This document shows positions 1-7,432 of a stretch of DNA of 19,759 nt, in pieces. This DNA comes from Gemmatimonadota bacterium (GTDB lineage: Bacteria; Gemmatimonadota; Gemmatimonadetes; Palauibacterales; KS3-K002), in the NCBI GenBank assembly GCA_020344215.1, contig CP070815.1, forward strand, positions 1,064,713 to 1,084,471. The letters run 5' to 3'. Each line of letters starts with the position of its first letter. The first letter of the stretch is position 1. The translations under genes were made by a program, and so were the position numbers. Below the pieces are notes generated by a model that made no database searches, was not told the DNA's origin, and worked only from the letters and a program-made list of their open reading frames with translations.

Positions 1-1034
1 TCGCCGCGACCCACGAGCGCATCGCACACCGACTGGCCGAGATCCCGGGTGTGCAGTCGGTCGCGCTCGGCACCGCCATCCCGATGGACGGAAACGGGAA
101 CGTCAATCCGCTCTACGTGGCCGGCTTCGACTACACTGGTGACCAGACGCCATCGATACGCCGGCACAAGTGGATCGGCGGCGGCTACCTCGAGACGCTC
201 GAGATCCCGCTGCTCTTGGGCCGCACGCTCACCTGGCAGGACGTTCGCCAGCGGGCCCCTGCCGTGCTGGTCTCCGAGAGCCTGGCCCGCGAATACTGGG
301 GCTCGGCGCAGGCGGCGCTGGGCCAGCGGGTTTCGGTTCGATCGGAGCCGCCTCGCTGGTACGAGGTCGTCGGCGTGGTAGCCGATGTCAGAGAGGATGG
401 CTTGGGCCAAGATCCGCCGCTGATGGTCTACTGGCCTCAGGTCACGCTGGCGTTCTGGGAAGGTGATCCGCCCGACCAGGTTCGGACGTGGCGTGGTATG
501 GGCTACGCGATTCGCAGCGACCGGATCGGCACGGTCGGGTTCTTGGATGAGGTTCGGGCCGCCGTCTGGGAGATCAACCCGAACCTGCCGGTGCGCGGCC
601 TGCAGTCGCTCGAGGACCTCATGGGGCAGTCGATCGCCCGAACGTCGTTCACTCTGGCGCTGCTCGGCGTAGCGGCGGGCGTGGCCTTGCTGCTCGGGGT
701 GATCGGCGTCTACGGCGTGATCTCCTACGCGGTGAGCCAGAGGAGCCGCGAAATGGGACTGCGGATGGCCATGGGCGCGCAGGCCGGGCAGGTGAAGCGC
801 ATGGTGGTGCGGCAGGGCCTGATCCTTGCGGCGGTGGGCGTGGCCATCGGTCTGGCCCTTGCGCTCGGTCTCACGCGCCTGATGGTGGGGCTCTTGTTCG
901 GGGTGAGCCCCGTCGATCCGCTGACCTTCCTGGCGGTCGCCGCGGCCCTCATCGGGGTGGCGCTCGTCGCCAGCTACCTGCCGGCCCGCCGCGCCGCCGG
1001 GCTCGATCCGATGGACGTGTTGCGGGCGGAGTAG
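1..1034 (+). CDS. ABC transporter permease of the duplicated FtsX/MacB-like (ADOP) family, 3' portion only. The gene starts upstream of the window (codon_start 3).
   Basis: Frame 3 is open from base 3 with no in-frame stop upstream of the tool's GTG at 51, so the 5' end lies outside the window. TAG stop at 1032-1034. The translation shows an FtsX-type 4-TM module (ALLGVAAGVALLLGVIGVYGVISYAVSQRSREMGLRMAMGAQAGQVKRMVV...) and the family-typical tail ...GLDPMDVLRAE. It is paralogous to the C-terminus of the 906-aa permease at 1059-3779. Confidence 0.85.
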   Translation, partial: AATHERIAHRLAEIPGVQSVALGTAIPMDGNGNVNPLYVAGFDYTGDQTPSIRRHKWIGGGYLETLEIPLLLGRTLTWQDVRQRAPAVLVSESLAREYWGSAQAALGQRVSVRSEPPRWYEVVGVVADVREDGLGQDPPLMVYWPQVTLAFWEGDPPDQVRTWRGMGYAIRSDRIGTVGFLDEVRAAVWEINPNLPVRGLQSLEDLMGQSIARTSFTLALLGVAAGVALLLGVIGVYGVISYAVSQRSREMGLRMAMGAQAGQVKRMVVRQGLILAAVGVAIGLALALGLTRLMVGLLFGVSPVDPLTFLAVAAALIGVALVASYLPARRAAGLDPMDVLRAE

Positions 1035-1058
1035 AGCGGCGGGGACGTGCCGGCCCCT

Positions 1059-3779
1059 TCACTCCGCCCGCATCGCCTCCACCGGATTCGCGCGCGCGGC
1101 GCGCCACGCCGGCACGAGCGAGGCCCCCAGTGCCACCGATCCCATCAGCACGGCGACGGCGGTCAACGTCGTGGGGTCGGTTGCGGACACCCCGAACAAC
1201 ATACCCCGTAATGCGCGTGTGGCGGCCAGCGCGCCGCCGCCGCCGATCGCCAACCCAAGGGCGGTCACCCGCGCGCTCTGCCACAGGACCAGCCGCAGGA
1301 GCCGCCGCCCATCGGCGCCGAGCGCGGCCCGCACCGCTAATTCGCGGCGGCGCCGTCCCACCGTGTAGAGCATGGCACCGTAGATACCGCCGGCGGCGAG
1401 CAGCAGGGCTACTGCCGCAAAGGCGATGAGCAGGGCCGAGTAGAACTTGGGTGTCGCGACCGACTGGGCCATCCGCTGTGAGACCGTGAAGACGTTCGGC
1501 AGCGCCATGTCGGGATCCAACTCCCAGATCGCGTCCCGCAGCGCCGGCAGGACCGCCGCCGGGTCGCCGGCGGTGCGCACCACGAGCGCGGTCATGGCCA
1601 TGTCCGCACCCCAGCGCTCCCAAGAAACGTAGAGCATGGTCCGATCACCCTGGTCGAGGCCCCAGTGGTGAAGCCCGGAGACCACGCCCACTACCCGCAA
1701 TTGCTTGAGTCCGCCTTGCTGCTGCAGTCCCTGAAACCCCCGGCCGATCGGGTTCCGATCTTCGAACAGCCGGTCGGCAAGCGACTGCGATAGCACGACG
1801 GGAATCGGAAACTCGTCCGCCGCGCTCGAGCTGAGGTCGTCGCCGCGCAGCTCCGCACCGATGGTGGCGAAGAAATTGGGCGAGACAGGTTGGATCATCG
1901 TGGATTGCTCGATCTCGGCTCCCTCGTCGTTCACGTACCGCTCTTGCCACCAGCCTCGCCGGCGCCCGCCGTAGTATTGGAACGGGACGGTGATAGAAAC
2001 CGCGGCAGCCCGCACACCGGGGATCCGCTCGATGCGGGGCAGCAGGCGACGCACGAATTGCACCCTGGCCTGCTCATCATACCGGTCGTCTCCCATGCGC
2101 AACTCCACGCCCGCCAGGTGTGCCGCATCGAAGCCGGGCCGCACCGACGTGAGGTGCAAGAAGCTGTTGAACAGGAGCCCGGCCCCAGTGAGGAGCACGA
2201 GTGCCATCGCGATCTCCACCACGACGAGCGTGCGGCGCAGCCTGCCCCGATCGCGGCCTTCGCCGGCGCGTCCGCCCTCCTTCAACATCGCGCTCACGTT
2301 CAGACGGGCACCTTGAAGCGCCGGCGCCGTACCGAACAGGACCCCGGTCAGCAGCGACACGGCGAGCGCGAACGCAAGCACACGTCCATCCACCGCGACA
2401 CGCTCGATCAACGGGATGCCCCCCGGGTTCCACATCTCGAACGCCCGCACGCCCCCGATCGCCACCACGACCCCAACCAGTCCGCCGGCCAGCGCGAAGA
2501 TCAGGCTCTCGGTGAGTACCTGCGCCAGGATGCGGATCCGGCCGGCGCCGATCGCGCTCCGCACGGCCAGTTCGTGGTGCCGCTCCGTCCCGCGAGCGAG
2601 CAGCAGGTTCGCCACGTTGGCGCAGGCGATGAGCAACAGGAGCCCCACCGCGCCCAGCAGCAGCTGCAACGATCCGCGTACACTACCGGTCAGGGACGTC
2701 TGGAGCGGGAGCAGCGTCACGGCCCGCAGGTTGCCGTCTCGGCTGCGATGAAGCTGCGGATGCACATCAGCCAACCTCGCGATCGCCGCGTCCAACTCGT
2801 CCTGGGCCACAGCCACCGTCACGCCTTCCCGAAGCCGCCCGTACACCTCGATCACAAACCACCACGAGACCTGCAGCTCCTGCCAGTGGGGATCCAGGGC
2901 GACGAACACGTCCCGCTCCCGTCCCGTAAGGCCGGCGGGGGAAGCGAACCCCGCATCGAGCACGCCCACGATCTGCACCGGATTGCCGTCCATTGTGAGC
3001 GAGCGCCCTACGGCGCCGGGATCGCCGCCGAACAACCGCTGCCACGCACCCCACGAGAGTACCGCCCGGTGCGGAGCCCCCTGGAAGTCCTCCTCAAGGA
3101 GCAGCCGCCCGACCGCCAGCTGCGCGTCGAACAGCTCGAGATAACCCGGTAAGACCAGCGCAGCGTTCAGTTGCAGCGGGCGGTCGCCACCGGTCCAGTC
3201 CATTTCTTCATCCCACACCCCGGTGAGCGAGGCGAAGCTGGTCGTGTGCTCGACGAAATCCGCGACCCGCGGCATCGGAAAGGACCCGCCGTCGAAATAG
3301 ACCAGGCGGTCGGGCTGGTGGTACGGCAGCGACTTGAGCAGCACGCCGTCCACCACGGAGAAGATCGCGGTGGTGGCACCGATCCCGAGACCGAGAATCA
3401 GCACGGTCACCGCCCAGAAGCCCGGCTCGCGCCGCGCGCTGCGCAGCGCGTACCGGATGTTGCGGACCAGCTCCGCCGCCACGGCGCCGGTCCGGCCACG
3501 CCGCTCGAGGTCGCGCGCGCGGTCCTCTACCCACTCCGCGGCTACGGGCTGTCGGTTCTTCCGCTCCGCGGTCGTGATCCGGCGCGCGAGCTCGTCCCAA
3601 TCCGTCACATGCGCGGCTGCCAGCTCCTCCGCCTCGGCCTCCGGCACCCCGCGGGCGAGGTGCTCGCGACAGAGGTCCTCGAGCTGACCGGCCAGCTCCT
3701 CCACGATCCGCTCGTCGCGCAGGCCGCGCAGCGCCGGGAGCGCCAGTCGCGCGCGCACGTAGGCCTTCCAGTCACGCAC
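1059..3779 (-). CDS. Orphan ABC transporter permease with duplicated MacB-periplasmic plus FtsX modules (ADOP family, 906 aa), PadR-associated
   Basis: Long minus-strand ORF with a GTG start at 3777-3779. N-terminal cytoplasmic prefix MRDWKAYVRARLALPALRGL..., then two repeats of [TM + large periplasmic domain + 3 TM FtsX helices]. It ends ...ANPVEAMRAE like the paralog at 1-1034. Its start overlaps the PadR stop by 8 nt (GTGCGTGA). No ATPase gene is adjacent. Confidence 0.9.
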   Translation of the reverse strand: MRDWKAYVRARLALPALRGLRDERIVEELAGQLEDLCREHLARGVPEAEAEELAAAHVTDWDELARRITTAERKNRQPVAAEWVEDRARDLERRGRTGAVAAELVRNIRYALRSARREPGFWAVTVLILGLGIGATTAIFSVVDGVLLKSLPYHQPDRLVYFDGGSFPMPRVADFVEHTTSFASLTGVWDEEMDWTGGDRPLQLNAALVLPGYLELFDAQLAVGRLLLEEDFQGAPHRAVLSWGAWQRLFGGDPGAVGRSLTMDGNPVQIVGVLDAGFASPAGLTGRERDVFVALDPHWQELQVSWWFVIEVYGRLREGVTVAVAQDELDAAIARLADVHPQLHRSRDGNLRAVTLLPLQTSLTGSVRGSLQLLLGAVGLLLLIACANVANLLLARGTERHHELAVRSAIGAGRIRILAQVLTESLIFALAGGLVGVVVAIGGVRAFEMWNPGGIPLIERVAVDGRVLAFALAVSLLTGVLFGTAPALQGARLNVSAMLKEGGRAGEGRDRGRLRRTLVVVEIAMALVLLTGAGLLFNSFLHLTSVRPGFDAAHLAGVELRMGDDRYDEQARVQFVRRLLPRIERIPGVRAAAVSITVPFQYYGGRRRGWWQERYVNDEGAEIEQSTMIQPVSPNFFATIGAELRGDDLSSSAADEFPIPVVLSQSLADRLFEDRNPIGRGFQGLQQQGGLKQLRVVGVVSGLHHWGLDQGDRTMLYVSWERWGADMAMTALVVRTAGDPAAVLPALRDAIWELDPDMALPNVFTVSQRMAQSVATPKFYSALLIAFAAVALLLAAGGIYGAMLYTVGRRRRELAVRAALGADGRRLLRLVLWQSARVTALGLAIGGGGALAATRALRGMLFGVSATDPTTLTAVAVLMGSVALGASLVPAWRAARANPVEAMRAE

Positions 3780-4104
3780 GGCTCCCCCCGATCACCAGGT
3801 TCACCGCAGCGGTGTACGCCGCCCACTGACGCCGCTGATCGGCCAAGACGTCGCGCCCCTTGCGGGTCAGACGGTAGTGACATCGCCGACGCTCTCCGGG
3901 CTTCTCCACCCAGCGTCCGGAGATCCAACCGTCGTTCTCCATCCGGTACAGCACTGGATAGAGCGACGACACGTTGAACTGGATCTCGCCCGCGGAGCGG
4001 ACCTCGATGAGCTTGCCCAGCTCGTAGCCATGGGTGGGCTGGTCGTCGAGGAGCGAGAGGATCATGAGCTCGACGCTGCCCTTCTTCAGTTCGGGGCTGA
4101 ACAC
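3772..4104 (-). CDS. PadR family transcriptional regulator (110 aa)
   Basis: Translation MFSPELKKGSVELMILSLLDDQPTHGYELGKLIEVRSAGEIQFNVSSLYPVLYRMENDGWISGRWVEKPGERRRCHYRLTRKGRDVL... matches the PadR winged-helix signature (ILSLL..PxHGYEL, YPxLxRLE-like, YRLT.KG). GTG start at 4102-4104 preceded by AGGAGG (reverse complement of 4111-4116) with a 6-nt spacer. Its stop is coupled to the permease start. Confidence 0.95.
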   Translation of the reverse strand: MFSPELKKGSVELMILSLLDDQPTHGYELGKLIEVRSAGEIQFNVSSLYPVLYRMENDGWISGRWVEKPGERRRCHYRLTRKGRDVLADQRRQWAAYTAAVNLVIGGSRA

Positions 4105-4147
4105 CGCGGCCTCCTGATAATTGGTGACGCCATATGTTGTGTCGGCA

Positions 4148-4175
4148 AATATATCGCGGAGGCCGATGCTGGCAA
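4148..4175 (-). promoter_or_regulatory. Sigma-70-like promoter for the PadR-permease operon (-35 TTGCCA, 16-nt spacer, -10 TATATT, read on the minus strand)
   Basis: Minus-strand reading of 4148-4175 gives cTTGCCAgcatcggcctccgcgaTATATTt. This lies about 45 nt upstream of the PadR GTG, in the 300-bp gap after the upstream gene's stop. Confidence 0.45.
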
Positions 4176-4408
4176 GTGGCAGGGAAGTTCCGGCGGCAGC
4201 GGGCGCGAACCAGCGGCTCCTTGTGGAGTGGAGGGTGTTGGCGGGGGTCGTGGCGGTGCCGGTCCGCGCGCGGGGGTCGTCGGGGACGTGATCCAGACCA
4301 CGCTGGACCGGGCGGGGGAACCGGTGGTCTACGTGCCCGTCCCCCAGGCCCTGAGGTGATTGCAGGGCTCCCCGCGGACGTCTCGCTATTTAGGGACCGC
4401 TAATCAGT

Positions 4409-5368
4409 TCACTTGCCTTTGGGACGCTGTTCCGCGAGCTCCGAGACGTACAGCGTGCCGCGAATGTCTTGCCCGCTCCGATAGCTCGTCACCCACACGT
4501 CGTACTGTCCCGACGGCGCGCCGTAGATAGTGACCTCAGGATTGGTGCCGCCATACGAGTCGTCGTCGCAGTGCCAGCTTCCGGTCCCATCGTTGACCAC
4601 GAGCCCCGTGTCACCGTCGCCGACGACATAGAAACGCAGCATGCTGCTGCGGCCCGTTAGGTGCAGGATGAAGTCCGGCTGCTGTGCGGCGTGCCCGACG
4701 CAGCCCGGGCCGAGATTCATAGCGCGCACGTCCAGGCTGCCGCCCGATGTCACCGTGACCTGGTGCGGATCGGGTCTGAAGCCTGGAGCCAAAGTCACGT
4801 TCCCGAAGTAGGCGTCGCTCCCGGCGATCGTCAGACTTCTAGTGGACGAACCGCCGCTGTACGAATCACCGTCCGAGCCGGGATGTCGGTCGAGCTCGGT
4901 GATGTACAACGTGCTCGGGATGTTCTCCCCGCTCTGATAGCTCGACACCCACACATCGTACTGTCCCGGCGGCGCGTCGCTAATCGTGACCGTGGGATTC
5001 GTGCCGCCGTACGAGTCGTCGTTGCAGTGCCAGCGCCCCGACGCGTCGTTGATCAGCAACCCGGTATCTCCCCCGCCCGTGTTGTAGAAACGCAACCGGG
5101 TGCTGCTGCTCGACAGGTGTAGGATGAAGTCCGGCTGGCTCGTGGCGTACCCGACGCAGCCCGCGCCGAGATTCATGGCGCGCACGTCCAGGCTGCCGCC
5201 CGATGTCACCGTGACCTGGTGCGGATCGGGCGTGAACCCCGCAGCGAGCGTCACACTCCCATAGTTGGAGTTGCTGCCGCCTATCTGCAGGCTCTGCGCG
5301 GCAATGGGCTCCGCGCTCCAGAGCTCCAACCCCCCTGCCACGATCAGCGTGAGAATGATGGCTCTCAT
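4409..5368 (-). CDS. Secreted protein (319 aa) consisting of a signal peptide plus two tandem ~135-aa repeats. Each repeat is tentatively a pre-peptidase C-terminal (PPC)-like beta-sandwich with a conserved Cys pair.
   Basis: True start is the ATG at 5366-5368 (MRAIILTLIVAGGLELWSAEPIAAQS = signal peptide), preceded by a strong SD (ccAGGAGGAAcc, reverse complement of 5369-5380). The tool's longer ORF to 5611 has no SD or signal peptide and is rejected. Repeat A covers residues 27-159 and repeat B 178-311. They share ...VTLAxGFxPDPHQVTVTSGGSLDVRAMNLGxGCVGxxxxQPDFILHL...LRFYxxGxGDTGLxxNDxxGxWHCxDDSYGGTNPxVTIxxAPxGQYDVWVxSYxSGxxIxxTLYxxEL. The GDxDL...GxYxVxVxxY...L pattern is PPC-like (a by-eye call). 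Confidence 0.85.
   Translation of the reverse strand: MRAIILTLIVAGGLELWSAEPIAAQSLQIGGSNSNYGSVTLAAGFTPDPHQVTVTSGGSLDVRAMNLGAGCVGYATSQPDFILHLSSSSTRLRFYNTGGGDTGLLINDASGRWHCNDDSYGGTNPTVTISDAPPGQYDVWVSSYQSGENIPSTLYITELDRHPGSDGDSYSGGSSTRSLTIAGSDAYFGNVTLAPGFRPDPHQVTVTSGGSLDVRAMNLGPGCVGHAAQQPDFILHLTGRSSMLRFYVVGDGDTGLVVNDGTGSWHCDDDSYGGTNPEVTIYGAPSGQYDVWVTSYRSGQDIRGTLYVSELAEQRPKGK
4436..5293 (-). repeat. Intragenic tandem direct duplication, two units with a 456-bp period (unit 1 at 4892-5293, unit 2 at 4436-4837)
   Basis: Near-identical DNA blocks offset by exactly 456 bp. For example 4710-4780 versus 5166-5236 (ccgagattcatRgcgcgcacgtccaggctgccgcccgatgtcaccgtgacctggtgcggatcggg) differ at only 2-3 positions. 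aggatgaagtccggctg and cccgacgcagccc also recur at the same offset. The period is a multiple of 3, so the reading frame is preserved. Confidence 0.85.
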
Positions 5369-5763
5369 GGTTCCTCCTGGTTCTGGACTCCCGCGTGTGA
5401 CCGGAGCGAAGGTCCGCCAGGCGCACATCCGGTTTGCACGAGGATCGGGTGCTCTTGGGGGGAGGGCGCAACGGTGAATCTTCGGGTGGAAACTGAGGGG
5501 GGAGTCTGACCCAAGATTACCCGTGGCGACTGGGTGCAAGGCGGCTGACCTTCGGAAGGGGAGGGGGACTTTACTACGGGCGGCCGGACCTCTGGCGGGT
5601 CGGACAGCCAAATATGCCGTAAGGGCTGACGATCGTCAACGTCGGGCGGCGCCGCCCACACGCCAACTGACGAACGCGGCCGCGCGCTGGTCTCGCCAGC
5701 CGACTAAAGACCAAGGTGGCCATCAGCAGTGGCCCGGGCGCCGTGGGCGCGACAATCGGCGGC

Positions 5764-5794
5764 TTGACATCCTCGGGTGATTGTACTATAGTAC
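5764..5794 (+). promoter_or_regulatory. Near-consensus sigma-70 promoter (-35 TTGACA at 5764-5769, 17-nt spacer, -10 TATAGT at 5787-5792) with a 12-bp perfect palindrome GTACTATAGTAC (5783-5794) covering the -10. Probable autoregulatory GntR operator.
   Basis: Read directly from the sequence: ggcTTGACAtcctcgggtgattgtacTATAGTactag. The palindrome GTACTA/TAGTAC fits the GntR-superfamily operator form (GT-Nx-AC around an AT-rich core). It lies about 65 nt upstream of the GntR ATG. Confidence 0.55.
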
Positions 5795-5856
5795 TAGAGC
5801 AATAGAGATCTGTAACACCGGTGCAATGGGAAGGGGAGGAGAGGTAGCGGGTGGAG

Positions 5857-6228
5857 ATGCGGATCGACAGCAAGAGCGGGGTGCCGTTCTACCGGCAGAT
5901 CATTGAGCAGGTGAAGTTCGCGATCGCGCGCGGCGACCTGGGGCCGGGCGATCAACTTCCGACGGTCAGGCAGCTGGCCGTCGAGCTGTCGATAAACCCG
6001 AACACGGTGATCCGCGCCTACCGGGAGCTCGAGATCGAGGGGGTGCTCGAGACGCAGCAGGGATCGGGGACCTATGTGGGTCATCGGAAGCCGCAAGTCG
6101 ACGAGCTCGAGCAGCAGCGGATGCTCGACCAGATCCTAACCGAGTTGCTGGCGCGGGCCGGGGGCTACGGCTTCACCTTGGACGACGTATTCGAGGGGCT
6201 GCGCCAGAGAAAGGAGAAATCGTCATGA
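5857..6228 (+). CDS. GntR family transcriptional regulator, YtrA-like short subfamily (123 aa)
   Basis: Translation MRIDSKSGVPFYRQIIEQVKFAIARGDLGPGDQLPTVRQLAVELSINPNTVIRAYRELEIEGVLETQQGSGTYV... is a canonical GntR winged-HTH with a short C-terminal helix pair (YtrA type). It closely resembles the Bacillus YtrA N-terminus. ATG at 5857 preferred over the tool's GTG at 5851. Its stop overlaps the next gene's start (ATGA at 6225-6228). Confidence 0.95.
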   Translation: MRIDSKSGVPFYRQIIEQVKFAIARGDLGPGDQLPTVRQLAVELSINPNTVIRAYRELEIEGVLETQQGSGTYVGHRKPQVDELEQQRMLDQILTELLARAGGYGFTLDDVFEGLRQRKEKSS

Positions 6229-7373
6229 GATCTGTGACTCGCAGGACAGAATCGTGGGGAGAGCGGCCGGGCCTGTCGCTCGAGAGGTTTGCCACGACGC
6301 TCCGCGCCGACTTCCGTTTCGCGCCACTCAACGTGCTGCTGCTGGTCGCGATATACGTGGCCGGGCTCATCGTTCACCTGAGCCTCTACCCGTTCTCGGT
6401 CGTCGCGGTCGAGCTCGCCCTGGGTTCGGCGGTCGTGCTGGCGATTCTCTTGAGACTGACGCAGGTCTGGGAGGCGGTCGTCATTCTGGGAACAGCGGAC
6501 GTGGTGGCGATCTTCCTGCAGTTGCGACCGGAGAGTGAGGTGCTGCTCGGGGCGGCGATCGTCGCGCTCGTCGTCGCACCCTCGATCCAGATCGCCTACC
6601 AGTGGGAGCGAGCGGTGCTGCTGCGTTTCGGGCGGTTCCGCGGGCTGCGGAAGTCTGGGGTCTTCGTGATCTTCCCGGTCATCGACAAGGTAGCGCAGTT
6701 CGTCGATCAGCGGATCCGGGTAACGGACTTCAGCGCGGAGACGACGCTGACGGCGGACACCGTTCCGGTCAACGTCGACGCGATCGCCTTCTGGATGGTC
6801 TGGGATGCGCAGAAGGCCGTCCTGGAGGTCGAGCAATTCAAGGACGCCGTGATCATGTCCGCACAGACGGCGCTACGTAACGCCATCGGTAAGAACGATC
6901 TGGCGGTGCTGCTCTCCGAGCGTGACCGTCTCGGCCACGAGATCCAGAAGGATCTCGAGGAGAAGACGAGCGGCTGGGGAATCACGACTCATGCCGTCGA
7001 GATTCGCGACATCATCATTCCCAAGGGTCTCGAGGACGCGATGTCACGTCAGGCGCAAGCCGAGCGGGAGCGGCAGAGCCGCATCATCCTGGGGACGGCC
7101 GAAACCGAGATCGCCGAGAAGTTCGCTCGTGCGTCGGAGCACTATCGGGACAACCCCGTCGCCCTGCATCTGCGGGCGATGAACATGGTTTTCGAGGGTC
7201 TACGGCAGAAGGGCTCGATGATCATCGTGCCGTCGACCGCCGTCGAGACCATGGGGCTCGGCGCGCTCGGCGGGCTGACCGCCTTCGGGGGCGGCATGGG
7301 CGGCGTGCCCGCCGCGCGTAGTGCCGCTGAAGGTGGCGAGGAGGATGCAGCGCCAGCGAGCGCGGAAGCCTAG
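6225..7373 (+). CDS. SPFH/band-7 (stomatin-like) membrane protein with an unusual ~120-aa N-terminal region of four predicted TM helices and a Gly/Ala-rich acidic C-terminal tail (382 aa)
   Basis: SPFH core YQWERAVLLRFGRFRG...GVFVIFPVIDKV...VPVNVDAIAFWMVWDAQKAV...ALRNAIGKNDLAVLLSERDRLGHEIQKDLEEKTSGWGITTHAVEIRDIIIPKGLEDAMSRQAQAERERQSRIILGTAETEIAEKFARASEHY is typical of stomatin/QmcA-like proteins. Four hydrophobic stretches precede it (LNVLLLVAIYVAGLIVHL, FSVVAVELALGSAVVLAILL, WEAVVILGTADVVAIFLQL, VLLGAAIVALVVAPSIQIAY). It is translationally coupled to the GntR gene. Confidence 0.92.
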   Translation: MRSVTRRTESWGERPGLSLERFATTLRADFRFAPLNVLLLVAIYVAGLIVHLSLYPFSVVAVELALGSAVVLAILLRLTQVWEAVVILGTADVVAIFLQLRPESEVLLGAAIVALVVAPSIQIAYQWERAVLLRFGRFRGLRKSGVFVIFPVIDKVAQFVDQRIRVTDFSAETTLTADTVPVNVDAIAFWMVWDAQKAVLEVEQFKDAVIMSAQTALRNAIGKNDLAVLLSERDRLGHEIQKDLEEKTSGWGITTHAVEIRDIIIPKGLEDAMSRQAQAERERQSRIILGTAETEIAEKFARASEHYRDNPVALHLRAMNMVFEGLRQKGSMIIVPSTAVETMGLGALGGLTAFGGGMGGVPAARSAAEGGEEDAAPASAEA

Positions 7374-7432
7374 GCGCACCGAGGTCAGGGGAGCAACGCG
7401 AGGAGTCCGGCGCAAGCACGAGGAGGTGACCC

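Noticed and set aside
949-3152. Long ORFs antisense to or frame-shifted from the permease genes (949-1623 minus, 1130-1429 plus, 1890-3152 plus 420 aa, 2077-2433 minus and others)
   Set aside because: Arg/Pro/Ala/Gly-rich low-complexity translations typical of shadow ORFs in high-GC DNA. They fully overlap confidently assigned CDSs and have no SD or recognisable motifs.
4362-4408. Possible terminator after the secreted-protein gene (GCCCTG-9 nt-CAGGGC at about 4368-4388, read on the minus strand)
   Set aside because: 6-bp stem without a U-tract. Read-through into the PadR operon cannot be excluded, so it is not annotated.
4409-5368. GDTGL motif in both repeats read as a possible aspartic-protease D-T-G active site
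   Set aside because: The context (GGGDTGLLINDASG) lacks the hydrophobic-hydrophobic-D-T/S-G-A/S flap architecture and a second catalytic lobe. The pattern fits the GDxDL strand of PPC-like beta-sandwich modules better.
5369-5611. Tool-predicted 81-codon N-terminal extension of the secreted repeat protein (start at 5611)
   Set aside because: The extension is Arg/Pro-rich with no signal peptide. The internal ATG at 5368 has a perfect SD (AGGAGGAA) and a canonical signal peptide, so the extension is non-coding leader.
5523-5873. ORFs 5523-5780 (plus) and 5574-5873 (minus) inside the divergent intergenic region
   Set aside because: Arg/Gly-rich translations, no SD, and they overlap the mapped promoter and operator. 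More likely non-coding regulatory DNA.
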